Assembly (NCBI GenBank): GCA_964247055.1
Contig: OZ176053.1
Span: 6,014,001 to 6,078,000 of the forward strand
DNA length: 64,000 bases
Source of the DNA: Paragordius varius
Lineage: Eukaryota > Animalia > Nematomorpha
Reading direction: 5' to 3'
Shown: in pieces, positions 46,331 to 60,995 of the stretch
How the letters are laid out: the number at the start of each line of letters is the position of its first letter
Numbering within the stretch: the first letter of the stretch is position 1
Notes under the pieces: model-generated
Database searches by the model: none
The model's input: only the letters and a program-made list of their open reading frames with translations
Told to the model about the DNA's origin: nothing
Made by a program: the position numbers and the translations under genes

Positions 46331-47024
46331 AAGGTTGATAAAGGTTGAACCATTAAAAAATATGCTTTGCTTTTTAAAAACATTTTTCAAAATATATTTT
46401 AAAATATATTCAAATGTGCACTAATTTTGCCAGTTTTTAGCATTAACTACAAAAGTAAAGATGACCTTTATTACTAACTCCTTAGTCTCGAGACGAAAAC
46501 ATGATGATCTTTATATAATCAGATTGTATATGTTTGATCAGGATTATATATGAATTATTTAGTATTCCATTCAAATATGTTTTGAATTGCATAGGAATTC
46601 ATAATATTATGGTTTATCTTGTTATAATATTTTATAAAATATGATAATATACAGTGCATCCGAAATCGTGGGGTATAAAAAATATAACCTGATGAAATAT
46701 ATATATATTCGGAGAGTAAAATATATCAGGATTATTGTTTTTGGTTTTGCTTACGAGGGATACAATAAAGTTATTTACATTTTTGGGGCATCCAAGTCAT
46801 GAAATGAATGCGCACATTAAAAATATTTCTTTTTGGTGAAAGCTAAATGTTCATTTTAAAAAATATCACTAAAATATATAATAAAATCCATATAAAAAGC
46901 AATACAATATTTTAAAAATAATTAAATTTTTGGAGATGGGTTTCGAAAGTCCCAAATTTTTTCGCTCTTCTGAGATGGGCTTGTTCTTTTAAAATAAACA
47001 CAAAAATGCAGGGTTCCCGCGATA

Positions 47025-47505
47025 AAATTATTAAAAATATGCTAAATTTTGACATATAAATAAATATTTTTTTATAAATGCATACATTTTACAAAAACTT
47101 TATTTTAGCACCTTTAGGCTTGATGGAAACGGTATAAAAACGCTTTTAGATATTTTAAATACAGTTTTTTCTATATAATTTTTGATGCTGAACATTTCTT
47201 TCGCTTCAGAATTTTAATTTAAAGTTACTTTTTGTTTCAAATTTTGTGATTTTGATAAATAAAGACAATTTATCGACATTAAGGACGAACAAATATTTAT
47301 ATTTAATCAAAATTCAGAGGTGATAGAAATATTCAGCATCATCGATGTAGAAACATATATTTCTAAGCATTTTTATACCGTTTCTATCATGTCTAAAGAT
47401 GAAGTACGCTTTAACTAATGCTAAAGTTTAAATTTTTGTAAAAGATATACATTTATTTAAAAAAACTTTATGTCAAAATTTAACATATATTTAATATTTT
47501 TATAG
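47025..47505. mobile_element. Palindromic core of a non-autonomous DNA element (whole element ~46650-47850)
   Basis: Arms ATGCTAAATTTTGACATA/TATGTCAAAATTTAACAT and GAAACGGTATAAAAACGC/GCATTTTTATACCGTTTC; related copy at 58490-58960. Confidence 0.65.
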
Positions 47506-48083
47506 CGCGTTTCCGGCATTTTTCCCTTAATTTTAAAAATACTAGCCCATTTTAGTAGAGCAAACTGTGACACTTTTTAAAACCCACAACTAAAAATAAT
47601 AATATTGTTTTGCCTTTCATAGGTAGTTTATGATATATTTTAGTAATATTTTTTGGACTGAAGCATTTAACATTCACCAAAAAATATTTATTTAGAAAAT
47701 GTGCGCAAATTTTGCCTTTCCGATACGGAGCACCTACCATAAAAGTATAAATAACTTTATATCACTCGTAAGGCCAAAAAGACCATGATAATGATACATT
47801 TTCCTAACAGAATATAAATATTTTATCGGCTTATTTCTGTTGTAGACTTTGCCTAGATATATTTTTGAAATACAAACCGTAATTTAAAATTATTTTCGCT
47901 AAACTAAAATTCGATTTATGGACAGTTATGATAAAAATGTTATAAGTGATTGGGCTTTACGTTTTCGATTGCTTTATATTTTTGATTATTTATAAACAAT
48001 ATGATAAATGTGGTATCATAAAACGAGATGATCGATATGTTTTCATATGGCCCCTAATTTTGATAACTTTTTAGGCCATATAA

Positions 48084-51000
48084 ATGACCGCATTGAATAG
48101 ACTTAAAGCGACAGGTCCCCTTTCAAAAAATGAAGAAAAAATTCCGGGATCATATAAAATTGAAAAAACTATAGGAAAAGGAAACTATGCCGTAGTAAAA
48201 CTCGCTAGTCACATATTTACTGGCCAAAAGGTGGCTATCAAGGTGATTGACAAAACTAAACTTGACCTTATGAACAAAATTCAATTGTTTCAAGAAGTTA
48301 ATTGTATGAAACTTGTCAGACATCCTAATGTAGTTAAGCTATATGAAGTCATTGATACCCCGACAAAATTGTATTTAATCCTTGAACTTGGTGAGGGTGG
48401 GGATTTATATGATTATATCCTTAAACACGATCGCGGTATTGAAGAGAATAAAGCCAAAGTTTATTTCCGGCAAATCTTAAACGCTATAATATATTGCCAC
48501 AAAATGCACGTCGTTCATAGAGATTTGAAGCCAGAAAATGTCATATTTTTTGATAATTACGCCAATGTCAAACTTACCGATTTTGGATTTAGCAACAAAT
48601 TTAAGCCTGGTCAAAAATTGGAAACATCTTGCGGCTCCCTAGCATATTCAGCTCCGGAAATTTTATTAGGCGATCAATATGACGCCCAAGCTATCGGTAT
48701 TTTTTTCAGTTTATATGTTATGATGATACTTGTTAAAAATGTCTTAACACAGACTAATATTAATTCTTCAATTTTACATTAATATTAAACCATTTTTTGG
48801 ATATTTAATGTAAAACAAAAAAGTTCTAAGTAAATAACACAATCACAGTAAGACTTTGGACAAACAATTTTGTATATATCGACCTTAAAATCAATATTTT
48901 TTAACGAATTAAGTTAACGAACATAACGCTTCATACATCAAATTAAATTTTAAAAAATATATACATGTTTATATATCGTAACATTTTAGAATTTTATAGA
49001 TTCAATTATCGATTTTAATGACATTTTTATAGTAATAGTGTGCATTATTTTGCACACTTAATTACTTAGTGTAAAGATATCGTCTTATCAATAATTATAT
49101 ATTTATATTTTTTGTTATTAATTACTTTTGATTTTATGCTAGCAAGGATTGAAAAATTAAGAGGAATTTTTTTGAACGATACAAACTTAAATTAACAATT
49201 AATCCCATCAAATTATATTTTTGTGCATAATATCACATTCAAACAAATTATTGAATATTATTTTTAAAGTAATTTTCATAGCAACTCTTATAACATCAGT
49301 TTAAACGCTTGGCAACATTTATTTTCATATGCCTAAAATAATATAAACGGAATGACTTTTCGTGACCGCATCTTTTATCATTCTTTAAACATAAGTTATT
49401 CATATGATATAAAATTTTAAAATTTATAGAAAATACAATTTTGTGTAGTTTGAAATTTACCTCCGATTTTTTACCATTAATTGTTATATTGGACTATAAA
49501 AGGTAATTTATATGGTTTATTAATGTTATGATTAAGATATGACATATTTTTTATAGTATATATTATCCGTTGACCGTGAACTGCATCAACAAGCGGTCAA
49601 AAATTTATTTTTTCCACCAAAAAATAATTTTGATTGTCACATAAATGCTCAGAGTTAATATTAATTTCTTTGTACTTATATACAATATAAAATTGTTTAT
49701 ATTCATAGATACAATACAATATTAAAAATTATAATTTATGAATAAATTAAATTAACAACATCTTTAAAAGAATATGTATTCATAATATTTTATTTCATTA
49801 TTTATGATTCAAATAGATATTTGGAGCTTAGGGGTTCTTCTTTACATGTTGGTGGTTGGAAAATGCCCGTTTCTAGAAAATAATGATAATGAAACAATCA
49901 CAATGATAATTGATTGCAAGTATACTATGCCGGAAAATCTTTCACCTGAATGCAAAGAGTACAATTTTTGAAACATAATTTTGTATAAAAAAATGTAAAA
50001 ATGTAAATTTACATTATACAACTTAAAATACTTTGGTCTAAAACAACATTCATTAGTATCTTAACCATTACATGTTTTTTTTGTAATATTTACTTAGAAA
50101 TTATATATTGCATAATAAATTTCCAAGATGCGTTTTAATCATTTTCGGTCGATTATTAATCTAGTCATATTGGAGCCGCCATATATACAGTCATGTATCC
50201 TTTATTTTATCAAAAATTTATTTTTTTTCGTTAAATGGGTATAAATATTTGGTAAAGAATGGAAAAAGCAAGAGCTCAATGGTAATAACAATATCATATT
50301 CACCAAGAAAGTATATGAATTACCATAGAGCTTTTGTTTTTTCCATTTTTTACCAAATATTTATACCCATTTAACGAAAAAAACAAATTTTTGATAAAAT
50401 AAAGGCATGACTGTAAGTTTTTTAGTCTAAAATCATTTTCAACATCAATTAACCTTGAAGTATGTGGTTAATATTTTTTACATTTTATCTATGATCCATA
50501 GTTTGATTAGCAAAATGCTGGTCAAGGATCCAGCTAAAAGAGCTCATCTTGATGAAATTTTGCGACACCCTTGGTTAAGGTTAAACAATACGCAAGGCCT
50601 TAATACCGCTTCTGCTGATAAAAACCAAGTTGTTGATGGTAAGATTACATCTCTCCTCACCCCTTTGAATCCAAACACTGAATTTTATTCGACTGGATTT
50701 TCCCGATCTGATATAACGGAGGACGTTCACAAAGCCGTCATTAATAAAATGGTGAATGCACAGATTGCCACCGAGCATCAAATCAAACAGTAAGTAATTA
50801 TTGATTTTTGCATTAAAAGTTATATTTTTGGGTTTGTAGAATTTAAAACTTTCTTTGCCCATTACCGCCTATATTTAAATAAAGTCTCACATATTTAAAT
50901 TTTGTGAATACATTGTATAAATTATTTAATTTATTTGATTTTTTATTTAAAAATTATCCATCAAATCTGTTTTACCGCTCGAACAAACATTTGTATTTGC

Positions 51001-54000
51001 TATAGTGTTATAACAATATGTTCAATAAAAAATGTACCAATTATTATTTAACGAATTACGCATTTAGTGCCTACTTATATTATTATTAGTGATAAAGCTT
51101 TTTTTATCTTAATAAAATTACCAATTGTTTGATTTGGCTTTATGGATCAAAAAATTATTCATGACATATTTTATTTAAAATTTTTTTTAAAAACAAATTA
51201 ATGGTAATATATCGTAGATCCCTTCGACGAGATTGTTATAATCATGTAACGGCCACCTATTATTTATTGGCGGAAAAATTGTTAAAAAGTAAAAACTCCA
51301 ACAATAATAATGCTGCAAATTCCATAGCTAATAACAATCACATCGCCCCTATGAAAAACAATAGCAATCTGATTAATACAGAATTATTAAATCCAATCGT
51401 AAGCTCACAATTACCAAATAATAATCATATTCAAACCAGTATTCAATCAAATCTTATAGGTAACCCTACTGATACTATATCAAACGTTAATAATACTAAA
51501 AGCATTAATTTTACAAATGCTCAAACTGAGAATATCAACTCTTTGGCTAATGATAAAATTAATAATAATAATCATTTTACTGCCATAAATCCCCCGCCTG
51601 TTACCACCAAATATTTTTCTAGATTGGATTCTGGAGGACTCCTTGAACCAATAACCGAAAAGTAATCACAAAAATTAATTCTATCGCAATGTGTAAAAGA
51701 AAATATATTTCCGAAATTTATTTTGCACATTCATAATGTCTATTTTTTTATCTCTAATTCCAATAGTATTTATAACCAATTAGGTATTAAATCAAATTTA
51801 TAACAAGTGTAATATGATTTTTCTTGCAAATTTATATATAGTGCGACGGATGTTGGTACAACATTTTCCACTCTCCCAAGATCTAAAAGTAAGGTCAGTC
51901 TTGATGTAGTTGATGCTTTTTCAGCAAATTCAAATCAATCTACGAATTCGATTCTCACACCCCAGTCTGAAAATCCACATTTTAATAATGAATCTTATCT
52001 ACCTTATCCAAATAATAATGGTCTACCTAATAATTCCAACACTTTATCACCCATACAACAGTATGAAGGTGGTACTTTTGCAAAAAATTATTCATGTTCT
52101 TCCTTACCAGAACTTATATCATTCGCTAATGCAAATCATCAACCTCCCGACAATTTTTACCAACAAGTAAAATACTTATTTTATAATATACCATTTACAG
52201 TTCAAATTCACCCTAAAATAAATTATGTGTTTTCGAACTAACATAACGCATTATTAATATGAAATATATCTTTATGGCATAGTTTATTATTTTTTCAATA
52301 TTATTTTTTTAAAACAAATTTTGTTTTTCATAAATATATAATAATATAGGTAATTTTAAATCTAAACATATAATATTGAGGGTGAAGTTGAATTGTAAAT
52401 GGTATGACAAAAATAATTTAAATTTTTTGAAAATGAAATGTGAAACATTTATTTTTACATTTTATTAATAAATCACTGATTATATTTATCAAAAAATTTC
52501 AAAATGTAAATGTTGATTGATACACCTTAGTTTTACCATATACAAGTGATATATTCATTTATATACCAGTCATTTTTATCTCTACTCCCACCTGCGCTTG
52601 AATATTATTTGTAGACCTTAAATTTATTTGTTTTAATCATATAACGTATACATATATATACAAATTTTTATCACTGTGCACGCACAGAAGCATGGCATTA
52701 AACATGGCAATAACAGCACGATTGCTCTTCGTAGGACTATGTCGCCCCTTAAACTTGAAAGCGGAAGTTTACGATTACGTCAACCTCCGTTACTTTCCCT
52801 ACACAATAGGACGAATTATTCATCAGGGGCACTCTTGACAAACCCAGCCGGAGCACCAATGATAAATATCCCATCTCTTTCTGATTCAATGCGAATCCTA
52901 GGCTCTGATTCCTACAACGATGACACTGATGATTCGGCCTCCCTGCATAATGAATCGAATGACACCACAAACCATGCAACCAAAAATAGTAACCCAAATT
53001 TGGCTTTGTACAAGGCTTGTAATAACTCGACACTTTCGTTGGCTGAAACGAGGAATGCCACGTTTAGTCCAGCAGGGAGTGAGGATGGCTTACTTTCAAC
53101 CATGTTATCTGATAATAATGGTATGATTTTTATCCCATTTTTTTTAACATTTTAAAATTATTTAAGACCAACTGTTGTTTAAGAATTCCTATCCTCAATC
53201 TTGACCATTTTAACATATAAAATGGGATACTTAATTTATTACAATTTAGGAATTTGGATTTTTAATTAAGTTTTTCGAATAATGAGACAATTTTTTGTAA
53301 TAACAAACTAGGTCTACGGAGTTAACAACAAATTTAAATTTAAAATGCTGAGCTGATGTATATTATCTTAATAGCAGGTATTTTTACTTTTTCAACATTG
53401 AAATGCGATATTATGTTAATTCTCTTCAATATTCCAATCAATAATCAATATTAACGTTATTTACATGATTTAGATAACGGTCCGCATTTACAAATGTTTC
53501 AAAAGCATAATAGCGTGGATAACATAAATCACCTAACTAACGTTAATCACTTCTTTTATGGTAGTGGAGGATTTGGCAAACATCCTACACCCCAGCACAT
53601 GCAACATGTTAAAATGTTGGCAGAAGAAAAGTATAAATTGAATATAATTTATCACTCATATTTTTGAAATATATATATTGAACATTTTATTAACAATATG
53701 AAATCATTTTTAGATATCCATGTGCTTTAATAACACCAAAAACATTCAAGATCAAAGAATTTCATAATGATAACCGCAAAAAATTGTTAAAATCTTTGGA
53801 GGGTAATGACATATCCACAAATACTTCGAATTTGGAGCAATCTTTACCAAACGCTGTAAAGGAAAATAATACACAAGATATACCTCCCCTGAGTGTTTCA
53901 AATAAGTCACCAGATTGTAAAAACGATAATTTAATTGAACAAAACCCTAACTTATCTTCCCCCAACAAAACTAAAAATGTTGAAACTGAAAATAAAAATG

Positions 54001-56270
54001 TACCACAAATCAAAACATATAATCCAAAGCTTAGTGGATCAGTTAAGAATTCACCTCTTCATGTGTCAGCCCCATGTATATTTTATGGGGCTAACAGCGG
54101 GCCCAACCCTGCGAATAGCAAAAAATATATGTCAGCCATGATTCCGTCCAAAATATCGGAAGAAGTCGAATTGGAAGAACAAGAAGAAAAGGAAGCAACC
54201 AAGTATATATTGAATAACTTTTGTTCATTCATTGAAAAAAATTAAATACAGACAAAGCTAAAAAAATAAAAGACGATTTTTTTTTGATTTTTCTAAATAT
54301 TAATTGATCATCGTTTTTGTGTTGCTATGGAATGGAGTTTTATATAATTCATACACCCAATTACATATTTCAAGATTGTAAATGTATAGTTTATGTAGGA
54401 AATGCAAGGTTTCAAATTTAAAAAATATATTTGTATATTAGTTTTTACATTTTGTTTGTATAATTTGAATTTTTAATCTAAAAGCTTTCCTTTAATTAGA
54501 GTTTCACCAATTAATTTTTAGTCAAATTTTGGTCAATAGTATAATTTTTACAATTTGGTTTTGGGTTACGGGTTTATGATTAATTTTTTGCAGTGTTAAA
54601 AAGAGTTCGTTTCTCATTACTCCTGTAATTATTGGTTTAAATGATGCCTTGAACCCAATATAAACCTTTTTTTTGAAATTTTTGATATATTTTTGTTATT
54701 AGAAATGATACTATCCAGCCTTGTCCAGGCGTTTCAAGGTTTACGCGATCAACATCATCTTATAATCCTTACACAAGTTCAACCTTTAAAAATGCCTTAT
54801 GGCCTCACCAAAGATCCCATTCATTGAATGAGGTACATTTTTTTAATCAGATAAAATTTATTTCTCAAACATTTATAATTTTTCTTTTTGGAAAATTTTG
54901 TATAATCATAAATTATATATGTATTATTTATTTTCTATTTTAATTTGAAAAGGTTAGCTGTGTCTTACAAAAATTTATTATTAAATAAAATTATTATTAC
55001 TTTGTTGATGGGATATCGAAGTATCCTAAATCTATTAATAATAAATTGTTATGTGAACATTCTTTTCAATTTTCTTAAAAAATTGTTTGTTTTAGCGTTC
55101 CTTTGATTATCAAATGCAAGAAAGATTGAATAAAATCCGCCTTAGTGGCAATGGTAATAATATGGAACGAAATTTAACCGACCCCTTACTGGGTGACGGT
55201 GGAAAAAACCAAAGAAAACATTCTAGCCCCTCTTACACATTTAATAACGATTTGACACAAAGTCCGAACAGGACAACGCCCAACACTTCCCCTAAAAACT
55301 TGACACCACCGACTGTGATCATAACCCAATATGGTAAAAAAATATTTTTAGTTGTATAAGTTCGAAATTAAGGGAGAAATAGATTAGTTTTAATCCATAA
55401 AGAATATGTTTCGCGAGATTTGTGTCTTTGTTCTATTTTTTTTTGATTCACCTTGTATTATGTTTGAAATTGTTTCTAACTAAAATGAAATCTAGCATGT
55501 TTCATCTTATTTGTATATAGTTGGTTTAAATAGTTTCATATCGAGTTATAATTTTTATTATATCACCTTTCAAATATTTTAAATATACAATCCGAGAATC
55601 CTCATTAAACCCATAGATGTTCACTTTATATCAGTAAAATTTTAATAATAAATAAAGCGCTCAATACTTATTTTATTAGAGCTTTTAAGTTTTTTGTAAT
55701 ATATGTTTTAGATGCTACCGATGATTCAAGCAGTAGCAGTAACTCTTCCTCCAAAAATAGTGATTCAAATTCGCTTCAACATTTTTCAGAATCTCAAAAT
55801 GACATCTCTGGAGGTGATAACACCATAGAAAAAATGCCCCAAAATAGTTTTCCATACAACTTTAACGGTATATACCCATTTAGATTTAGGGGCATTTCCA
55901 CGTCAGTAAAACTTTCTTAATGAGTTAATCTGTTTTTCATGTTTTAAATATGGATTCCCGGTCTAAAAACTTTCTGATATTCAATATAATTTTTAGCTAC
56001 AAATACGAGTAATAGCATACCCAAACGCAACATGATGATGTTACATCAATATGGAAATACTATTCCTTTACTTTCCTTGGAAGAAATTGTGGAAGAAGAA
56101 TGTAATATTAATGTTTTGATAATTTTAACGAAAAAGTTGTATAACTTAATACAGTTTTCGATTAATAGAAAAGTATGAATATAAAATATTGATGTTGATT
56201 AATTATAGCAAAAAGGTTAAAATTATATTAAATTTACCATTACATTCTAGCTGATGATAACGAACACTAA
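48084..56270 (+). CDS. SNRK: SNF1-related kinase SNRK with long Asn/Ser-rich tail, ~1179 aa, 13 coding exons
   Basis: Exons 48084-48696, 49817-49958, 50502-50789, 51218-51661, 51842-52166, 52688-53120, 53474-53630, 53714-54202, 54703-54832, 55096-55333, 55712-55867, 55997-56101, 56251-56270 (3540 nt, in frame). SNRK-specific [35 protein letters not shown] and UBA-region [13 protein letters not shown]. Tail exons are less certain than the kinase exons. Confidence 0.9.
50188..50413. mobile_element. Hairpin MITE with TA target duplication in SNRK intron 2
   Basis: TA|CAGTCATG...CATGACTG|TA; ~100-bp arms, nearly perfect (CGTTAAATGGGTATAAATATTTGGTAAA/TTTACCAAATATTTATACCCATTTAACG). Confidence 0.85.
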
Positions 56271-57984
56271 TCTTTTGGATTGTAAAAATGTGAAGACGAA
56301 TCAACTCATGCACCAATAAAACTTAGTCAATTTTATTTTTGTAATTTTATATCTAAATTGTATGATCACAAGTTATATACTATTATAATATCACAACCTT
56401 CGTTTATTAATCAATCTATTCATATATAAATAAAAATGTAAAATAGTGGTTCCGACAGTCCAATTTTTTATTTCCATTATATGCATAGTCATTTCATTGA
56501 CGGAAATGGAATTTTAGCTAAGCCTTTGTTTTCCATGACATAAACCCATAAAAATAATCCAATTTTAAACATGTTTATCCCACAAAAATCGTCTTGTATC
56601 AATTTCTGAGAAAACGTAAGATATATCGAATTTATGTACAGTGGTGGAACTCAGCGTACTTGATAGCTTGGCAACGAGGTTCGCGGTATATGATATTATT
56701 TTTTTATAACTCTGTTCAACATATTTTATTTATGAATGCGCATATAATCGATGCTCCATATTTTTTATATTAGCTTTTGGTAAAAGCCCCACGCTATGGT
56801 TATTGATTGAATTATTGAGCTGAAATCATGGTCGATTTACTGCGTTTAGTAGATATGTTTGCGACAATCAGACCGGTTGTAAGTAAGAAATATTAATAGA
56901 TGTAGAGAGGTTTGTTTCTCGGTAAAATTTTCAACTCATGGCATTTATCAGCGATCTCGCTTTTTATTTTACTTTTCTGTCATATTTATGAAACTCCTAA
57001 GCAATTCCTTCATGAATGCGCAAATTCATTAATTCTTTCAATCAAATCAGTTGGTAATTTTAACCTTAACGTGTGTAATACGTTACCAAAATTGTGTGTT
57101 CCAAACTAATAATATACCTTTTTCTATTTAAAAATAGATTTTACATCAATGTATTATAACTCCCTATCTCTTTCCCTAGGAACTGACAAAATTGGAACCG
57201 AGCATGACGAATTAATGATATCAAATAATGGCAACTATCAAAGTAATAAATTAATAGAACACATATATCGCAGTGCGCCGAATCGAATGTCATAAAAAAT
57301 ACTCATTTATTTTTGATGGAAAATTGTATATTGAGTCATGGCGGGGGCCTACGAATCATTTGGAGAAAAATATATCAAAATTTATTAACATCAGTTAATA
57401 TCAATAAATAGCATATTTAACCGAGTTTGTCTGTAAACATTTCTTACGTTTTGGTTGAATTGACTACTTCAGAACGATTTAAAATTTTAGCATGGATAAT
57501 ATCCATTATATCAAACATAAATTTTAATATTCAGCCGTTAGTATTAATTTGGGAAACTACTCAAATTTCAAACTCAAGAACAAAAATCAAAGTTTTTTAT
57601 AAAATATAAATATATAATTAGTTGTACATTTAAAAGAAATATATATTAACCAAAATGTAATATTATATATGTAAATTGAAGAGGTTTTATGAGCTGGTAT
57701 CCATAAAAAACACAAACAGATTGCTTGATGAGATTTTTCAATGTATTATTTGAAACCCAGCAAACTTTTTGAATTATATCCTAAGATTTTGGAACGTACC
57801 TGACACGTTATTTAAATGATTTTAAATTTTACGTCAACCTATTAAAATTTTATCATGCAATCACGGCCTTTTCCATTAATATTAAGGACACAGCCCATTT
57901 TAGCGGGTTTCGAAAATTGAGTTTTGCTTTCATAAATATAGCGTAATGCGCGCTAAAATGGCGATTTTCTGTTTTATACCATAA

Positions 57985-58110
57985 CATTTGGATACAACAC
58001 ATTCATTTTAGTCCCTCCATTTAAAATTCAACCGTTGGTGATCCTGGGCTGGTTAAGAATCAAATATTTCAAAAAATATGTAACGAATTGAAACCATTGC
58101 AAAAGTTTGC
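57985..58110 (-). mobile_element. Terminal fragment of the piggyBac-like MITE family
   Basis: CATTTGGATACAACACATTCATTTTAGTCC matches the reverse complement of the family right end. Confidence 0.55.
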
Positions 58111-58489
58111 ATTTATGCTGGATCCAAAATCGGGGTCTGCAAAAAAATATCCTGATGAAATATAATATATCCCAATAATTAGGATTATTATGGTGCTTAT
58201 GGCTTTGACCCTTAGTCATTTTAAAATATTTATAGTTTTGAGGCAAGTGCTCCATATCAGAAAATGGAAAAATTTGACCACTTTTTTTAAATAATATTTT
58301 TTTGGTGAATGCTAAAGGCTCTTTATTCCAAAAAACATCACTAAATATGTGATAAACTACATATAAAAGGAAAACAATATTTTTATAAAATTTTAACTTT
58401 TAGCTGTAGACTGTGAAAGCCATATATATTTTCGCCCTTCTATAATGGGCCTCTTAAAATGAGCTCGAATTCCGAGATTGCGCCAAAAT

Positions 58490-58960
58490 ATTTTTCAATA
58501 GATGCTAAATTTTGACATTAAAAAAAGTTTTTTACAAAAAATGGATATTTTGCTTAAAAATTAAATTTATAGCAAAATTTGCAACCAAACTATTTGAGGC
58601 ATTACGGAATCGATATAAGACGCTTTATATTATAAAAACACTTTTCCTATATAATTCGATAATGCTGGACATTTCTCTCACCTCAGAATTTTAATTTTAA
58701 GGTTAGTTTGCTAGTCATATGGGTAAAGTTTGGGAAAAAGAGACAATTGATACTTAACATATTTAGACTAACGTAACAGAAAAAATTTGTTTTTATAATA
58801 TCTCAAAGCGTCTTTATACCGATTTCATGATGTCTCAAAATAGTATGAGTACGTTTAAACAACACTTTTTGATAAATTTAATTTTTTTAAAAGAAGTGTC
58901 CTTCTTTCAGGAAATACCCTTTTTTATGTCAAAATTTAGCATATAATTGAAATTTTATAA
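58490..58960. mobile_element. Second copy of the palindromic DNA-element core (whole element ~58230-59250)
   Basis: ATGCTAAATTTTGACATT/TATGTCAAAATTTAGCAT arms; flanks also resemble those around 47025-47505. Confidence 0.65.
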
Positions 58961-60420
58961 CACATTTAAGAGAACCAGTCTATTTGAAGAAAAAGATTTG
59001 GGACATTCGGAGCTCATATATAAAATCCAAAATTTTATTAAGTATTGTTTTTTAGCAGTTTATGATATATTTTGGTAGAAAACAATTTATACAAAATGTC
59101 AGCAAATTTTTTCATTATCTTATATGGGCAGCTACCACAAAAGTGGTAATTACTTTCTTATATCATTCCTATAGCTCAATACGAAAAGTAGCATTAGAAT
59201 CCAGCTTATCGATCAGAATAATATCTCACAAGGATATTTTTTTGTTAACAGTGTGGTATAAACAATATGTCAGTAATTACTTCATAGCGCATATAACATC
59301 ATTGCTTGGAAAAAATTTTGGGATTTTGCAAAAATTAATATTTATGGAGCGGCTAATGGTAACTCAAATCAGTGGGCATGTAACCACGGTGGATTCAAAA
59401 AATATCATAAAAATCCATCATTAAATTTATAAAGGCCTACACATTTTCCAGAAATATTGAATTAAAAACCTCATTCAATAACGGGTACAAAAAGTCGCAA
59501 ATTAATAATTAGCAATGAATAATATTTGAATGGAGTTCTAATGAAAGCTCATACAAAAAAATGAGGTCACCCTAGATGCATTGCCTCGCGTTTTCTGAAA
59601 AAAATTCTAAGGCATATTTGATAACAAACTTCATTTTTAAGAAGGATGGGGTTGAGGCAGATTCATAAAAATCGCTCTGACACTCTTGACATTTGAATCA
59701 GAATGGGCTTACACTTTTCTAAAAAGAATATTGGTTTATAAGACGTATTTTCTCGGGGATATAAATAAAATAATGGTCAGTTAAAAACGTCTCTGCTACC
59801 CTACAAATAAATAAATAATTCCACCTTTTAATTTATGTGTGCCTAACGGCAAAGTGTTTCAAAACCGATATTTATTCAGAATTCACAGTTTCAGGGGTAT
59901 GAGATGAAATATGGGGTTTATACATAACAGCGGCTCTGTTCTCTTACGAACATTATTAAAAAAATGAAAAATTAACTTTTGATTTCGAATGAGTCTACAC
60001 TTTTTCCTCAAAATGTTTCAATGCCCATATTTGTTCACAAACCTCATTCTCAGGGGATGTGATTTTACTAAAGGGCTTATTAAAAAAAATAGCTCGGTTA
60101 CAATCGTTGCATTTATTAGAAAACAACCAAAGATTCCAACCCTGAATTTCCAGAATCATGCTTTAAATCAATGACTCTCCGAAAAATTTAAAGGGCAAAA
60201 AAACTCACTCCTGAGCCATGAGACCGATATATTTTGTAGCTGTTCGAATATTTACAAATATTTATACTCCGAATAAATACATTAAAACATTTAATAAATA
60301 TTTCATGGCCATAAAAAAGCAATTTTAGGGCCGCGGTTCGAGAATCACTGCTTTAAATCGAAAATTTGTTAAAAATGAGGGGCCGATTCCCTTAAATGGC
60401 GTCTTTGGTGTATTATTTAA

Positions 60421-60995
60421 CACTTCGATTCAAATTGGGGTATCTAAATACCCCAGACTAAGTTTAAATATATATTTTTACAAAACTACTGAAGGAATCG
60501 GTGCTAATTTAAATTTATGCTTCTATCCTGATAAAAACTATATTATGCCAAAATATCTTGATAAAATTTTGTTTTGCAAAAAAAGTTCCATCTCAAACTA
60601 CTTCGACGCCATTTTTATTTTGCAAAATTTTTGAAAAATATCGTATCATTTAATTTTAAAAGTAAAACTAAAGCTAACTATTTATATAAATTACATCTAA
60701 CATTGATAGAAATGAAAAAAGCGGTTTTTATATTATTTCTTAATTTTACAATTTGACACATGGCACGTTGACCAAATTTTTACCTTTCGGTTTTAGCTTA
60801 AAATAAGTAGTATCAAGTAATTTTGAATAAATTTTTTTATATATTTAGGTTTATTAATGTTTTATAAGTGCAAAATTTTGCCATGGTTTCGATTCCTTCC
60901 ATACTTTTTAAAGTATTTGATTTTAAACAGGCCTGGGGTATCCAACTACCCCAATTTGAATCCAAGGACTAAAATGAGTGTGTTGTATCCAAGTG
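60421..60995 (+). mobile_element. piggyBac-like MITE, 575 bp
   Basis: TTAA|CACTTCGATTCAA...TTGTATCCAAGTG|TTAA; colinear with 95-671. Confidence 0.8.
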
